From a virus (Duplodnaviria; Caudoviricetes): a DNA stretch of 62,035 nucleotides. The stretch covers positions 1 to 62,035 of IMG/VR virus record IMGVR_UViG_3300032462_000004; one strand, written 5' to 3'. Position numbers and translations under genes: made by a program. Shown here piece after piece: positions 18,187-28,715 of this stretch. The notes beneath the pieces were generated by a model. That model had not been told where the DNA came from. It was given only the letters and a program-made list of their open reading frames with translations, and ran no database searches. Position 1 is the first letter of the stretch; each line of letters starts with the position of its first letter.

Positions 18187-19335
18187 TTATATGTAAGTGT
18201 TATTCTTTACATGTTTGACTATTTTATAGAATTTCGCAAAAAAGTCAAGTTTATGTGTTTCGGTACTTTTGTAGCCCCATACCTGTTTTTTATTTTTGCG
18301 AGAAATACTAAATTCGTCGATTAGTGCATCTATTTCTACAGCATTAAACGATATGGGATCAGGTATAATACTATTATTGTACCCATACATAAAATTTGCC
18401 ATATACTGTTTGCAATTTTTTGCTTCGAACAGCAAAACACCTGTATCTGAATATCCGAATGCTTCCTTAAATAACGCTGCTGCCTCGTTAATATCTATCT
18501 CTACTAACTTCAAAGTAGCTTTAGTAACAGTATCAGTTGAGGCAAAAGATATCATACCGTGAGTAGAGTACAATGTTTGCGGACTTCCGTCAGTATAAGA
18601 CGTGAAGTTTGCAGTCTTAGCCTGAATTCCATCATTTAACTCTTTCATTACCTGCTGCTTTGTTCCGGGTGTCAAGGTGACCTTTGTTACTTTTAATATC
18701 TTAGTATCTGCTTGATAAAAATAGTTGTTAGGTGACAATTCGACAACTTGGCGCCTTGGGTAAACCTTAGCAGTAGATGTTGAGCCGGAGTATCCCATAT
18801 TTGTAAGCGGTCCGTATAAGGAAATGATTCCCTTATAGATTCCAGTTTTACCATTTTGAAGCAAGACCTCGTCGCCAATCTGTATGTCCTTACGACTAAC
18901 TTTATCTTCTAGCAGTTTAGTATTATCCTGAGCAAGTTGGTAATCAGGTGAACTGATTGGCACCAATGTTAGTTTTGTTTGACTATCTTGTCTTGCCCAA
19001 ATGCATCTTTCCTGTATAAGCCCTTCGGTTATTCCTGTAACTAATAAAATGTCAGATAGGTTATCATTTGTAATCCTGACAAGGTAGCCTCGTGGGTCAA
19101 TAACAAGCCATGACATGTCTGCCGATCCCCGGTATTGTCTATCAGGTTTATGCAGCGTAAAACCAGGCAATGCTGTGTTCTCAAATTCTTTGATATTTAA
19201 ATACTTCGAGGTCGCCTTTGATAGTTTTTTCTTTTCGTTTGTTGTGTCACCATGCGGTACTATAGTAACTTCCGGTAATGATTTCGTTGGTGCAACAGAC
19301 CATGCTGCATATATTTGTCTAGAAACATTTAGCAT
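18187..19335 (-). CDS. Hypothetical phage protein
   Basis: 382-aa ORF coupled to upstream gene. Confidence 0.75.
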   Translation of the reverse strand: MLNVSRQIYAAWSVAPTKSLPEVTIVPHGDTTNEKKKLSKATSKYLNIKEFENTALPGFTLHKPDRQYRGSADMSWLVIDPRGYLVRITNDNLSDILLVTGITEGLIQERCIWARQDSQTKLTLVPISSPDYQLAQDNTKLLEDKVSRKDIQIGDEVLLQNGKTGIYKGIISLYGPLTNMGYSGSTSTAKVYPRRQVVELSPNNYFYQADTKILKVTKVTLTPGTKQQVMKELNDGIQAKTANFTSYTDGSPQTLYSTHGMISFASTDTVTKATLKLVEIDINEAAALFKEAFGYSDTGVLLFEAKNCKQYMANFMYGYNNSIIPDPISFNAVEIDALIDEFSISRKNKKQVWGYKSTETHKLDFFAKFYKIVKHVKNNTYI

Positions 19336-19568
19336 TATGATACTCCGAAGCCGAATTGGATTTTAAATAGTGTTGCATCTTCTCCGTCCTCGAATGCAAA
19401 TTTATTTCCTCCCAGCATCGTCCATCTTCCCTCTAAGTTTTCAATGCACCACATAACAATTCCGTGTTTGGCAATTTCTATGTATTCCATATTTAAGTGT
19501 GTAAATGTCCATTCAGTTTTTTTATCTTTTACAAGATTATTCATTGGTATATATTTGTGTTTGTCCAT
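19335..19568 (-). CDS. Hypothetical protein (F-x3-D-x3-F family)
   Basis: WC.EN..GRW...FAFEDGEDATLFKIQF. Confidence 0.65.
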   Translation of the reverse strand: MDKHKYIPMNNLVKDKKTEWTFTHLNMEYIEIAKHGIVMWCIENLEGRWTMLGGNKFAFEDGEDATLFKIQFGFGVS

Positions 19569-19584
19569 GTGTCTCCCGTGGTTA

Positions 19585-19614
19585 ATTGTAACAAATTTTG
19601 TTACAGAATGTCAA
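19585..19614 (-). promoter_or_regulatory. Sigma70-type promoter containing a TGTAACAAA/TTTGTTACA palindrome
   Basis: TTGACA-18-TACAAT with TG extension. Confidence 0.6.
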
Positions 19615-19626
19615 ATTTGGCAGGGA

Positions 19627-20355
19627 TTATTTTAAGTACGGAGTCCAGCACTCTTTCGTATTTAGAAGTCTGTTTGCTATGATAAAGACAGAAATGGGAT
19701 TATGGCCTAGTCCCAAATGGCTTGCTCCGGGAATTTCTATGTTTTCATAGAATGGCCCACTGTCCTCGATAGAGCATTCCCAATGTACCACGCCGTCCGA
19801 TTTACTATACATTGATGTAAATGGGACCGGTGGTGCAGTGCCGATTTTTTTAATTATTTCGGGATCAAGATGACTCTTGTCCTTGCTAAGTAACTCGTAC
19901 AGAGCACTTGCATTTGTGCTGTTATTTGCTGATTTAAACGGTGTACCGAGGGTGATTACTTGTCTGACCAAGTCTGGGCAAATTTTTGCAATTTCCCGAC
20001 CATAAATCCCACCCAAACTCCACCCAATAATGCTAACTTCGCTATTGTCATGCAACTGTGAGATTTCAGAGACTCTGGCAGACAGTTTATCCATCATATT
20101 ATCCATACCATCTCTTGGACCGTAATTACGACCTAGATTCCAAGTCTGTGGCTTATATCCGATTTTTTCTAAGAAATTTCTTAAATAATGTGTAGACGAG
20201 TCGCCTGCGCCGAGTCCTGGTAATATAAGAACAGGATGACCATCTCCCTTTGGGGAAATATATTGAAGTGGCATATTAAGCAACCATCCTATTCCGAATT
20301 CATATAGTCCACGAATTGCTTCAACACTTAGCAATATTTTAGATGGGCCTGACAT
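19627..20355 (-). CDS. Alpha/beta hydrolase (lipase/esterase-like)
   Basis: LILPG, GWSLGG nucleophile elbow, ITLGTP, DGVV, SHLGL. Confidence 0.85.
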   Translation of the reverse strand: MSGPSKILLSVEAIRGLYEFGIGWLLNMPLQYISPKGDGHPVLILPGLGAGDSSTHYLRNFLEKIGYKPQTWNLGRNYGPRDGMDNMMDKLSARVSEISQLHDNSEVSIIGWSLGGIYGREIAKICPDLVRQVITLGTPFKSANNSTNASALYELLSKDKSHLDPEIIKKIGTAPPVPFTSMYSKSDGVVHWECSIEDSGPFYENIEIPGASHLGLGHNPISVFIIANRLLNTKECWTPYLK

Positions 20356-20530
20356 TTGCGTCCTTTAGTTTATACATGTAGTTATCAGAAACCTGCTGAA
20401 CTTCCGCATCTACTTTTCTTATTTGAATCATTTTATACAAAGGTTTCGCCCATTGAATATCCTTTGTAATCCAAATCGATTCCTCGGCAAGTATTCATAT
20501 AATTTTTCTTTTGCTTTTAAGTTACTTTAA

Positions 20531-21127
20531 TCAAGCCCTTTTATCTACTATATGATCTGCAAGTCCCAATTCCAATGCCATCGGCGCCGGCAACCATTTA
20601 TCACGGTCCATTAGTTCTGCAAACTTTTCGTACGATACTCCTTTCGAATTATGTTTAACATATAGTTCTGTCATTTCTTTCTTGATACGCAAACTCTCAA
20701 TAAGATCAATTTCCATATCAGACACCTTACCACGTGTGCCGGATGATGGCTGATGGATCATTGTTATCGCCCTTGGCAAAAGATATCTATGTCCAGGTGT
20801 ACCAGCTTGTGCAAGAAAAGACCCCATACTGGCTGCCATCCCCGTAACATATGTGTGGACTGGACTTTTGATATATTGCATAACATCATAAACTGCCAGA
20901 CCGTCATAAACAGAACCCCCCGGACTATTTATGTACATGCTAATAGGCATTTCTGGATTCTCTGCTTCGAGGAATAACATCTGTGCAACCAGGATATTAC
21001 ACATGTGTGTTTCTACCGGGCCCGTAAGGAAAATTACACGTTCCTTCATTAAACGAGAATATAGATCGTAAGACCTTTCCCCACGTGGTGTTTGTTCTAC
21101 TACCATTGGGATTAAAGCGTTTTGCAT
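20531..21127 (-). CDS. clpP: Clp protease proteolytic subunit
   Basis: [40 protein letters not shown]. Confidence 0.95.
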   Translation of the reverse strand: MQNALIPMVVEQTPRGERSYDLYSRLMKERVIFLTGPVETHMCNILVAQMLFLEAENPEMPISMYINSPGGSVYDGLAVYDVMQYIKSPVHTYVTGMAASMGSFLAQAGTPGHRYLLPRAITMIHQPSSGTRGKVSDMEIDLIESLRIKKEMTELYVKHNSKGVSYEKFAELMDRDKWLPAPMALELGLADHIVDKRA

Positions 21128-21140
21128 GTGTGTTTTCCTT

Positions 21141-21737
21141 TTAAATAAGTTTTGTCGATATTCCCATCTGAAGCGATTCTTCAGCTGTAAATTTTTGATC
21201 TGTATTTACAGATCTTCTGTCGTGAAATTGCTTCTTTGTTAGTTTAGCCCTCGAACGGAATATTTCATCAGTATAATCCTCAATTTCATTCAATCTCGTA
21301 GTAGCTGTATTCAACAATGATTGTAAAGTATACACTTCTGCTAAGGTCAAAATCAAATCGCCATTGTTGTTAAGAGACTTATATGTTCTTAGAAAGCTAT
21401 ATGCACCCCATAATGTCCAAGATGTCGGATGAATCATAAAATTAACTTTCTTCCCTGCAAGTCTTATATCGGCTGCAAGAAATATTAACACTGCTGAACT
21501 CATGCAATCTCCATTTGAAATTGTAGTTGTCCTGTCTCTAAAATTTTCTAAAGAATCGTAAATAACTTTTGCTGCATCCGGATCTCCACCGTTAGAATCG
21601 ATAGTTATTTCTAATAGCAATTCCGGATCATTTTCTAAAAGCGTGATGGCAGATTGCACAATGTTTATATGAACGTCATTAATAGATCCGAATATGTTAA
21701 TACTATGTGCCATCCGTGGTCCTTCTTTCTTCAACAT
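21141..21737 (-). CDS. Divergent ClpP-like protease
   Basis: IDSNGG, CMSSA (Ser), FMIHP (His), [10 protein letters not shown]. Confidence 0.7.
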   Translation of the reverse strand: MLKKEGPRMAHSINIFGSINDVHINIVQSAITLLENDPELLLEITIDSNGGDPDAAKVIYDSLENFRDRTTTISNGDCMSSAVLIFLAADIRLAGKKVNFMIHPTSWTLWGAYSFLRTYKSLNNNGDLILTLAEVYTLQSLLNTATTRLNEIEDYTDEIFRSRAKLTKKQFHDRRSVNTDQKFTAEESLQMGISTKLI

Positions 21738-21778
21738 AGTATTTACTCTCTTAGCTTATTATTTTGATAAATACGATT

Positions 21779-22168
21779 ATGAAATTAAAAGACATATTGC
21801 TAGAATCCCCGACGGACGTAGTTGCTCGATTTTATATCGAGGCAAGTGCTGCGTCTGACAAATTCTATAACCCCGAAGATGTTAAGTATAAGGAAAAAAC
21901 TTCTGCATACTATAAAGAACACTTTGATAGTTGGTTTAAAGAAGGTAAAGTCCCTGTTTTTGAAAAGCCTACAGATTTAGTCCAACCGGAATATACTAAC
22001 GAACCTAAACAAGGTAAATTACAATCTCCAGGTTTCCGTGGATTACAATATGCTTTAGCTGCGGCCGGTTTACCATATAATCACAAACTACAAGCATACG
22101 AACCAAATGCTGCCGGGATTGTCGCTACTCCGACGATGGACGCGGCTCAAAACAATAACGGGCAATAA
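21779..22168 (+). CDS. Hypothetical late protein (possible head cargo)
   Basis: ATG directly after GATAAATA; begins MKLKDILLES. Confidence 0.65.
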   Translation: MKLKDILLESPTDVVARFYIEASAASDKFYNPEDVKYKEKTSAYYKEHFDSWFKEGKVPVFEKPTDLVQPEYTNEPKQGKLQSPGFRGLQYALAAAGLPYNHKLQAYEPNAAGIVATPTMDAAQNNNGQ

Positions 22169-22393
22169 TCATTTCCCAAACCTGTTAAACACAAACTGCA
22201 TTAATTCATCTTCTGTGAATTTATGAGCTACCATTGCGTAGTCATTATAATCAATAGTCATATCTTGTAATAGTTGGTCGATTTCAATCTGGGAATATCT
22301 AATTACAGGCAATGTAGCATGCTCTTTCGGTATAAATATGGTCATTTGACCGACTTTGCATAAGATACTATCCTTAAGACGTATTCCGTACAT
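22169..22393 (-). CDS. Hypothetical protein
   Basis: 74-aa ORF coupled to exonuclease stop. Confidence 0.55.
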   Translation of the reverse strand: MYGIRLKDSILCKVGQMTIFIPKEHATLPVIRYSQIEIDQLLQDMTIDYNDYAMVAHKFTEDELMQFVFNRFGK

Positions 22394-23160
22394 TATAATA
22401 CTTCGTTTATACTCGCCGCCAAGTCTGGATCATAGTTATCGGCTTCATCATTAAACCAGTCTGTATTTTTCATACCCCACGCCCAGTAGCTCTTAGGAAT
22501 ATCTTTCATCAGTTCGCCTTTGTGTTTACCGAATGGCATCCTCTTATAAATGATAGGTGCTTTAGCCCATTCTGCAATCTGTGGACCATATGGAATACTT
22601 GTGTCTATTAGATTAGATTTTTCCATAAAATCTACAAAGAATTCAAGCAGTCTTGCAGTAACATATGAGTCGTTACCTGCACGATGGCAATGTAGTTCGA
22701 TGGGAACATCGAGTTTCAAAGCAAATCGTAAATATGGGAGATTGGTTTCTTCTACTTCAGGGACATCGTTGAAGATTTTCTTAGCCATACGCCAAGTACA
22801 AATCCAGGAATGATCCTCAGTATTGATTCCGTGATTCGCTAATACACGCATATCATAAAAATGATTATGGGCAACGAGATAACCATCGGAATATCCGTTT
22901 ATAACTGTTTGGAATGTTTCGCTTGAATCGAGGAAGGATGGTTTGTCTTCGACCATTTCATTTGTAATGTAACAAATGGACGATACTGTCGGCGGAACAT
23001 CGGTGTCTATAGGCTTATGCAATTCTTGAAAGATGGTCCAATCGATTCCTTCACGAATGACAAATCCAGACTCGATTATTTCTGCAGTTTTATAATCTTT
23101 TCCTGTCGTTTCAGTATCTAAAACTAAACACGATTTTAGGAAATCTTCTTTATGTGACAT
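22393..23160 (-). CDS. DEDDh 3'-5' exonuclease (ExoX/DnaQ-like)
   Basis: VLDTETTG, VAHN..YD, HRA..D, C-terminal MPFGKHKG. Confidence 0.9.
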   Translation of the reverse strand: MSHKEDFLKSCLVLDTETTGKDYKTAEIIESGFVIREGIDWTIFQELHKPIDTDVPPTVSSICYITNEMVEDKPSFLDSSETFQTVINGYSDGYLVAHNHFYDMRVLANHGINTEDHSWICTWRMAKKIFNDVPEVEETNLPYLRFALKLDVPIELHCHRAGNDSYVTARLLEFFVDFMEKSNLIDTSIPYGPQIAEWAKAPIIYKRMPFGKHKGELMKDIPKSYWAWGMKNTDWFNDEADNYDPDLAASINEVL

Positions 23161-23781
23161 TTTCTTTACCTTTATTTTCTTTTATTTTTGCCCATCTTTT
23201 CCTGTGGGCTGCTGACATCTTTTGTTTCCACTCTTCCGAAAAGGGTTTCCGTTTTAATCCAGTCTTAGATTTAGAAACATTGTTGTTATGTTCTACAGAT
23301 TTCGGTTTTCCTGCTAATGATTTGGATCTCTTCTGTTTAGTTTCTTCGGAATGTATATTTCCTGTATTGGAAATTTGTATTTTCTTTCTTGTGTTTTCCG
23401 AATGGGGAATTCCCAGATTCCATGGAACAGAACCTTTTCTACTTTGTGAAATTTTATTTCGTGTTTCGGGAGTGCAGATCCATCCAGTGTTGCCCTCTCC
23501 ACCGTCTGTCAGATTCAACAATGAACCTTTACCTAAATCCTTTCTTCCGAATCTAGATATAAGTTCCATTTCTAACAAATGTGCAAATTCTTCATCTAAT
23601 CCAGAATACATTCCTATTATAGGTCTTATATTATTTCGCTTCATAAGTTGTAATCGCTGAACAAATGGATGTTTTTCTGTTCTGTACGAATGTTCCCATG
23701 CTCGTGGGCATGTCCTTTACCTACATAAATAGGTTCGTTATTTCTAGATGGATCGTAATAAATGTAAGCGTAAAATATCAC
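23150..23781 (-). pseudogene. GIY-YIG-like/NUMOD3 endonuclease with 1-nt frameshift near 23705
   Basis: GTG 23781 reads IFYAYIYYDPSRNNEPIYVGKGH; another frame continues RAWEH...FGRKDLGKGSLLNLTDGGEG plus HSEETK repeats. Confidence 0.8.
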
Positions 23782-23801
23782 AAATAATGCCTTTATGTAA
23801 T

Positions 23802-23830
23802 ATTATAGCAGATGTCAACGGGAATGTCAA
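23802..23830 (-). promoter_or_regulatory. Consensus sigma70 promoter
   Basis: TTGACA-17-TATAAT with TG extension. Confidence 0.85.
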
Positions 23831-24129
23831 CGACGGTTTGTGGGATTGCTTGGAGTTGGCGATTCTATCTTTTCCGTAGTAAATAAGTCTTGTATAACTT
23901 TTCTATTTACTGGATCCGCAGCCTTTTTCATGAATTTGCCAATGATTGCAGAACTCCTCCCTTTACTACGTCTTCAACTTTCATTAATGCTGTGAATACG
24001 GGACCACCGGCCTATCGTAACCATCAGGTTCCGGATAAACTGGATACTGATCTTTATTGTATTCTCCTGGAAAGGTCATTTCGTTTATCATCGAGCGTAA
24101 AACCATACGATCTTTGGTCGTGTTGTAGT

Positions 24130-24363
24130 TCACAGTAATTCTAATATCTCAGTATAGATAGCACTTATTAATTCGCTTTTTAATATCCAGATTTCTAAAT
24201 TTTCTCTATCATAATACACCCGTTCTTTAGACAAATTTATTAATTGTAAAAATTCTGGAGTAAGTGTTCTTGTTGTCGAACCTGCCAATAAAACAGTATG
24301 TATATCTTTTAGGTTTCTGTATACAATCTCAATAGTATCTCCAGATATCTCATCAATCCTCAT
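24130..24363 (-). CDS. Hypothetical late protein
   Basis: Begins MRIDEIS, like the upstream gene. Confidence 0.55.
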   Translation of the reverse strand: MRIDEISGDTIEIVYRNLKDIHTVLLAGSTTRTLTPEFLQLINLSKERVYYDRENLEIWILKSELISAIYTEILELL

Positions 24364-24658
24364 ACAATCTGTTTTGTGCTTTAAGATAGTTGAATTGTTT
24401 TACGATGTCGGATACTGCAGGGAAAAAAGTTTCCTTCAAATTACGATATGATTGTTCGAGTGCTTCATCCGAATTACTACTTTCTTTAACAGACTTCTTA
24501 GCATCGTTATCAAACTGCTTCTTAGTAGCTTTTACAATCCCGGCAAAGCGTTTATCGCCCTTCTTAAAGTCGCCCTTCTTATCGGCAGCAGACGCGTCTT
24601 TGCCTGCGGCTGTTTTATAGTCCGCAAGCTTCTTTGTCGATATTTCGTCAAGGCGCAT
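24353..24658 (-). CDS. Hypothetical late protein (possible head cargo)
   Basis: MRLDEIS..KL..YK..A; internal VKES site. Confidence 0.65.
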   Translation of the reverse strand: MRLDEISTKKLADYKTAAGKDASAADKKGDFKKGDKRFAGIVKATKKQFDNDAKKSVKESSNSDEALEQSYRNLKETFFPAVSDIVKQFNYLKAQNRLYED

Positions 24659-24659
24659 G

Positions 24660-26183
24660 TTAGCGTCCGTAGCCCTTCATGTTGCCAAGCTTAGAAAAAC
24701 GGCTCATCCATTCTAAAACTTCTGGATCAGCACCTTCGTCTAGGTCATCTTTCTTATCTTTCTTCTTTTCTTTGTCAGCTTCTTTGCCTGTGTAGCTCTT
24801 ACCTTTTACGGCTGTACCAGACTGCTCTTTGCCGGACTTGTCTGTCCAAGGCTTGTCAGACTTTTCTTCGTCGACTTTTTCTTTCTTGTCCTTAGCTGCT
24901 TTAGCAATGGATTCATCTTTGTCGCCGTCTTTGTCAAGATCAGGGAAGTCTGGCTTCTTCTTTTCCATCATTGGTGATTTTGATGCCTTAAGGTCATCAT
25001 ATGCTTTGAATCTTCCGATCCAATTTTGAATATCTTTATCTGCGTGTTCCATCATACTTCCTTTATTTGTAATTGATTCCGGCATAGTTGGTGCTGTGCC
25101 TGGAGGATAGCCACCGCCACCTCCGCCCATCCCGGCACCACCGCCACCCAATGTGCCGCCAGTTGCCATATCTCCACCCATCTGGGCATCCTGCGGCATC
25201 ATTTCGTCTTCAGAGACTGTGCCCATAACTCTGTCGAGACATTGTTTTAATTCCTCGTGGTCATAAGACATAAGTTCATCATACGTGTATGATCTGTCAT
25301 CATTCGATAATCCCATATACTGCAACTCCATGATACTCTTTGCTGTTTCTTCCTGTTCTTGTCGGAAATCTCCATATCCCGCGTCGTCTTCATTTTCGAC
25401 CATGCCGAAGTTATCTTGTTGATAGCGGCCAGCTTTGCCATACTCGTCGCCCGATGTATCTGGCATTTGAGTAAAGTCCATTGCCTCTTCTTCCATTCCG
25501 CCGCCCATGTCTCCGCCGAGGTCGTCTCCGTGTGTCAGCGGGGATTCTTCACCGGCCGACACATACTTCTGCACAATGCTACCAAGCTTAACACCCTTAC
25601 CCGAACGTGGTTTTTCAACTGAGCCTGGTTCTTCGTCCATCATATGTTCTGGCTCTTCGCCTACAACAGGTTTTGTGCGAGGATTATTTGGCAAGCTTAC
25701 ATTGGCGGCCTTTCCCCGCTGTTGGGACATATTACCCTTCCCGGTCTGCGACCCGATATGCTTTGATGCAAATGACCTACCTGGAGTTTCTTTATTCATA
25801 TATGGTAACTTAGTAACTTGTCCGCCACTGGCCATAAATGCTGCCACAGCATCGTCATCTTCGTCCATAGTGACATCAACTAAGTCCACTTCATCGCTGT
25901 GTTCATGATCGTCGCCATGTGTTTCTCCAAATAAAGGGCAAGCATGTCCACCTGCTGTCATTCCCATTGCTGGTTCCATTTGTGGGGCCATTGCCATTCC
26001 GTGGACTGGTGCCTGCTCTGGGAAACACGCCGGACAATTCCAGTCCCCGCATCCGCATTCACTTCCGTGTGGAACAACTTCTTCTAAGTCTGACATCCCT
26101 TCGGTTGTTAATGCTTCCTCTACTGCTGACATCCATTTTGTAAATTCGTCTCTTTGATCCATTTCTGGCTCCTCATTGTTCAA
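24660..26183 (-). CDS. Acidic low-complexity late protein (possible protease-processed head protein)
   Basis: 507 aa, many hydrophobic-x-E sites, PDLDKDGDKDE motif, GATAAATA at 26190. Confidence 0.7.
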   Translation of the reverse strand: MNNEEPEMDQRDEFTKWMSAVEEALTTEGMSDLEEVVPHGSECGCGDWNCPACFPEQAPVHGMAMAPQMEPAMGMTAGGHACPLFGETHGDDHEHSDEVDLVDVTMDEDDDAVAAFMASGGQVTKLPYMNKETPGRSFASKHIGSQTGKGNMSQQRGKAANVSLPNNPRTKPVVGEEPEHMMDEEPGSVEKPRSGKGVKLGSIVQKYVSAGEESPLTHGDDLGGDMGGGMEEEAMDFTQMPDTSGDEYGKAGRYQQDNFGMVENEDDAGYGDFRQEQEETAKSIMELQYMGLSNDDRSYTYDELMSYDHEELKQCLDRVMGTVSEDEMMPQDAQMGGDMATGGTLGGGGAGMGGGGGGYPPGTAPTMPESITNKGSMMEHADKDIQNWIGRFKAYDDLKASKSPMMEKKKPDFPDLDKDGDKDESIAKAAKDKKEKVDEEKSDKPWTDKSGKEQSGTAVKGKSYTGKEADKEKKKDKKDDLDEGADPEVLEWMSRFSKLGNMKGYGR

Positions 26184-26219
26184 TATACTTATTTATCAAG
26201 TAAGGCAGTATTTTTAGTC

Positions 26220-26243
26220 AAAAAAAAGGCACCCGAGGGTGCC
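26220..26243 (-). terminator. Intrinsic terminator
   Basis: GGCACC-CTCG-GGTGCC followed by T8. Confidence 0.85.
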
Positions 26244-26260
26244 AATGGTGCTATAGTGGA

Positions 26261-26410
26261 TTATCGACAAATAGTTCTAATTAATATTGGATCCACATTA
26301 GCTTTTATTGCCTCTTTTCTACAGTCATTGTTCTGAAACGAACAGGAAGTAAAGAACCCAATTATTAGTGTAATTATTACACCAGCGAGTATTGCTTCAT
26401 ATTTGTTCAT
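26261..26410 (-). CDS. Small membrane protein (49 aa, not in ORF track)
   Basis: MNKYEAILAGVIITLIIGFFTSCSFQNNDCRKEAIKANVDPILIRTICR; ATGA overlap with ligase stop. Confidence 0.55.
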   Translation of the reverse strand: MNKYEAILAGVIITLIIGFFTSCSFQNNDCRKEAIKANVDPILIRTICR

Positions 26411-27768
26411 TTGATTTCTTTCGAAGAGTTTGCAATCGACTTGTCATATCTAAATTCAGCATATCGTGGAAGGAACAGTGAATCTACTCCAGGTCGGCTC
26501 TTATCACTAATACGCTCGTTATACAGCACTGCGACAATGGTACCCATTATTTCCTTAATCCGCACAGTAATGTCTTTTCTTACATCATCTGTAAATCCGC
26601 TAAGATTTGTTTCCACAAGTCCATCACTTGATGCACACAATAAGCTACCAACCATTCCAACAAATTTACCCTTACCTTCAGTCCAGCCTATAACTTCCAA
26701 ATCACAATCTTTTTCAGATTTAAGCTTTACAAGATGCTTACTTCTTGTATCTTCCCAGAATGCACATCCATTCTTGAGAATCGTACCTTCTTCCTTGATG
26801 GAAAGCATTTCTTCGAAGTGCTCTTGTGCTTCTTCTAAGTTATTGACCATTCGCCATGGAATAACCCAATAAGTGAAGCCAGTGCCTTTTAATGCTGCCG
26901 CAGTCCTGTCTCCCGGAGTAATTTTATCCGTCTCAGTCTTGATTGCAGCAATCAGTTTATTGAATCGATCTGTATATTCTTCCTTGGATTTTCTAGCTTT
27001 GAATTCATCCGCAGGAATAACGTCCCAAAGCTGGACACGGACCATCTTAGCCTCTTCGGCAGACATCGTGCCTTTTATGGCCTTGTTGATAATACCGTTG
27101 CCAACTTTCCTGGAAAGCAATTTACTATCTGGACCCATAACAACTAATTCGCCGTCGAATACAACAGGTGTGGAAAAGTTAGTTCCAAGTTGTTCGAAGT
27201 CTGAGTCTAGTGTGTTCAGCAGATCCATTACTTTGCCACTGCGTCCGCAGAATGTAATACCGGAGCCATTTACGTGAATATTTACTCGAACACCATCTGC
27301 TTTAAGTTGGCTGTATGCCGGGTAAACAATGTTCTTAATGTTTTTTGCTTCGTATGGTCGTGCAAGCAAACACGGATAAGTTGGAATGAAATCTTTTATT
27401 GCCTCGTTGACTGTACCATCCGCTGCAGAAACTCGTAAATCTTTACCAATAATACGCTCAACAACAATAGCATCGTCACTGATAAGATTAGATAGAATAT
27501 TTCGAAGATGCTCAATACCTGCGTGACCAGTGAGTTGTCTATTCGACAGCTTTTCAAGCTCAACTAATGCCCAGTCTAGATTCTTTGCTCCTGTTGCTTT
27601 ATATTCGGGTATCTTTCGTATAAAAAAGTTTGTATAAGGATCTAACGTAAGAAATAGTGTCCGTTTAAATAATTCATTATCTTTATGTTTGGTAATGACA
27701 TTAATCTTATATGTGCGGGCAGAATTAGCCCCGATTTCATTTAATATAGTTAAAATTCCGCTATTCAT
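26407..27768 (-). CDS. ATP-dependent DNA ligase
   Basis: QLKADGVR (motif I), VFDGEL, EEGTILK, VKLK, SLFLPR. Confidence 0.93.
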   Translation of the reverse strand: MNSGILTILNEIGANSARTYKINVITKHKDNELFKRTLFLTLDPYTNFFIRKIPEYKATGAKNLDWALVELEKLSNRQLTGHAGIEHLRNILSNLISDDAIVVERIIGKDLRVSAADGTVNEAIKDFIPTYPCLLARPYEAKNIKNIVYPAYSQLKADGVRVNIHVNGSGITFCGRSGKVMDLLNTLDSDFEQLGTNFSTPVVFDGELVVMGPDSKLLSRKVGNGIINKAIKGTMSAEEAKMVRVQLWDVIPADEFKARKSKEEYTDRFNKLIAAIKTETDKITPGDRTAAALKGTGFTYWVIPWRMVNNLEEAQEHFEEMLSIKEEGTILKNGCAFWEDTRSKHLVKLKSEKDCDLEVIGWTEGKGKFVGMVGSLLCASSDGLVETNLSGFTDDVRKDITVRIKEIMGTIVAVLYNERISDKSRPGVDSLFLPRYAEFRYDKSIANSSKEIK

Positions 27769-27845
27769 ATATTCCTAATATGTTATCTATGTTTTGTCTG
27801 CCACACCGCACAACTGATAAATAATTATATAATAAAGTCCTGCAT

Positions 27846-28715
27846 ATGTCAACACCCTTCACTTACAAAATAACCTTTAATAAAACCGGATATTTTTATA
27901 TTGGATCCTGTTATAAGAAAGGTGCTCATCCTTTTCAACTCGGTAATATCTATTTCTCATCTTCTAACACCGTAAAGAATTTATTAAAAATAGATAATAA
28001 TGTAACATATAAAATTATTTCTACCTATACAGACATAGAAAGTGCTATATTAGATGAGAAGAGGTTGATAGAAGAAAACTTTAATGATCCATTAAATATA
28101 AATCTACATCGTGGAACAGGTTCTTTAAATCTTGCGAAATATTATATATTATTACAAGCAGGAATAATACAACATCCGATAAAAGGTAAACATAGAATAA
28201 CAAACGGAACTATTATTAAATTTTCAACAGAAATTCCTACTGGATTTATAATTTGTTCATCTAAATCAGTTAAAGATAAAAAATGCTATAATAATGGTAA
28301 ACGGGACAAATATTTTTCAATAGAAGATAATATACCGGACGAATATATCTTCGGATCAATTCACAAAAAACACAATAAGGATAAGAGATGGATCACCGAT
28401 GGATTAAAAAATCTTTGTACCGGTAAGAATGATATTATTCCGATTGGATTTTATCCTGGTCATACACAATATCATAAATATCAAAAATTGACATATTATA
28501 ATAATGGTATAAAAAATATCAGGATACAGGAAATCAATAAAATACCAGATGGATTCGTTATAGGAAGATTACAGAATCATGGCGATTTTAAGAAAAATTC
28601 AGAAAAGAAATACTGGATAAATGATGGCATAAGACAAAAGCTAATTCCCGTATCCGAATCGTGCCCTAATGGATTTACATTAGGTAGACCCTTACGCTCT
28701 ACTCAATTAACTTAA
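27846..28715 (+). CDS. GIY-YIG-like (Seg-type) endonuclease with repeated W/Y-x-N/D-G modules
   Basis: FTYKI...TGYFYIGS, YFSSS; repeats YNNG/WITDG...IP.GF..GR; AT-rich, opposite strand, GATAAATA at 27816. Confidence 0.75.
   Translation: MSTPFTYKITFNKTGYFYIGSCYKKGAHPFQLGNIYFSSSNTVKNLLKIDNNVTYKIISTYTDIESAILDEKRLIEENFNDPLNINLHRGTGSLNLAKYYILLQAGIIQHPIKGKHRITNGTIIKFSTEIPTGFIICSSKSVKDKKCYNNGKRDKYFSIEDNIPDEYIFGSIHKKHNKDKRWITDGLKNLCTGKNDIIPIGFYPGHTQYHKYQKLTYYNNGIKNIRIQEINKIPDGFVIGRLQNHGDFKKNSEKKYWINDGIRQKLIPVSESCPNGFTLGRPLRSTQLT

Noticed and set aside
20356-20530. Open stretch between clpP and the hydrolase
   Set aside because: No convincing start or recognisable motif; left uncalled
23828-24133. 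Short minus-strand ORFs (49 aa VNYNTT..., MKVEDVVK... fragment)
   Set aside because: Possibly real or decayed late genes, but too short and ambiguous in frame to support
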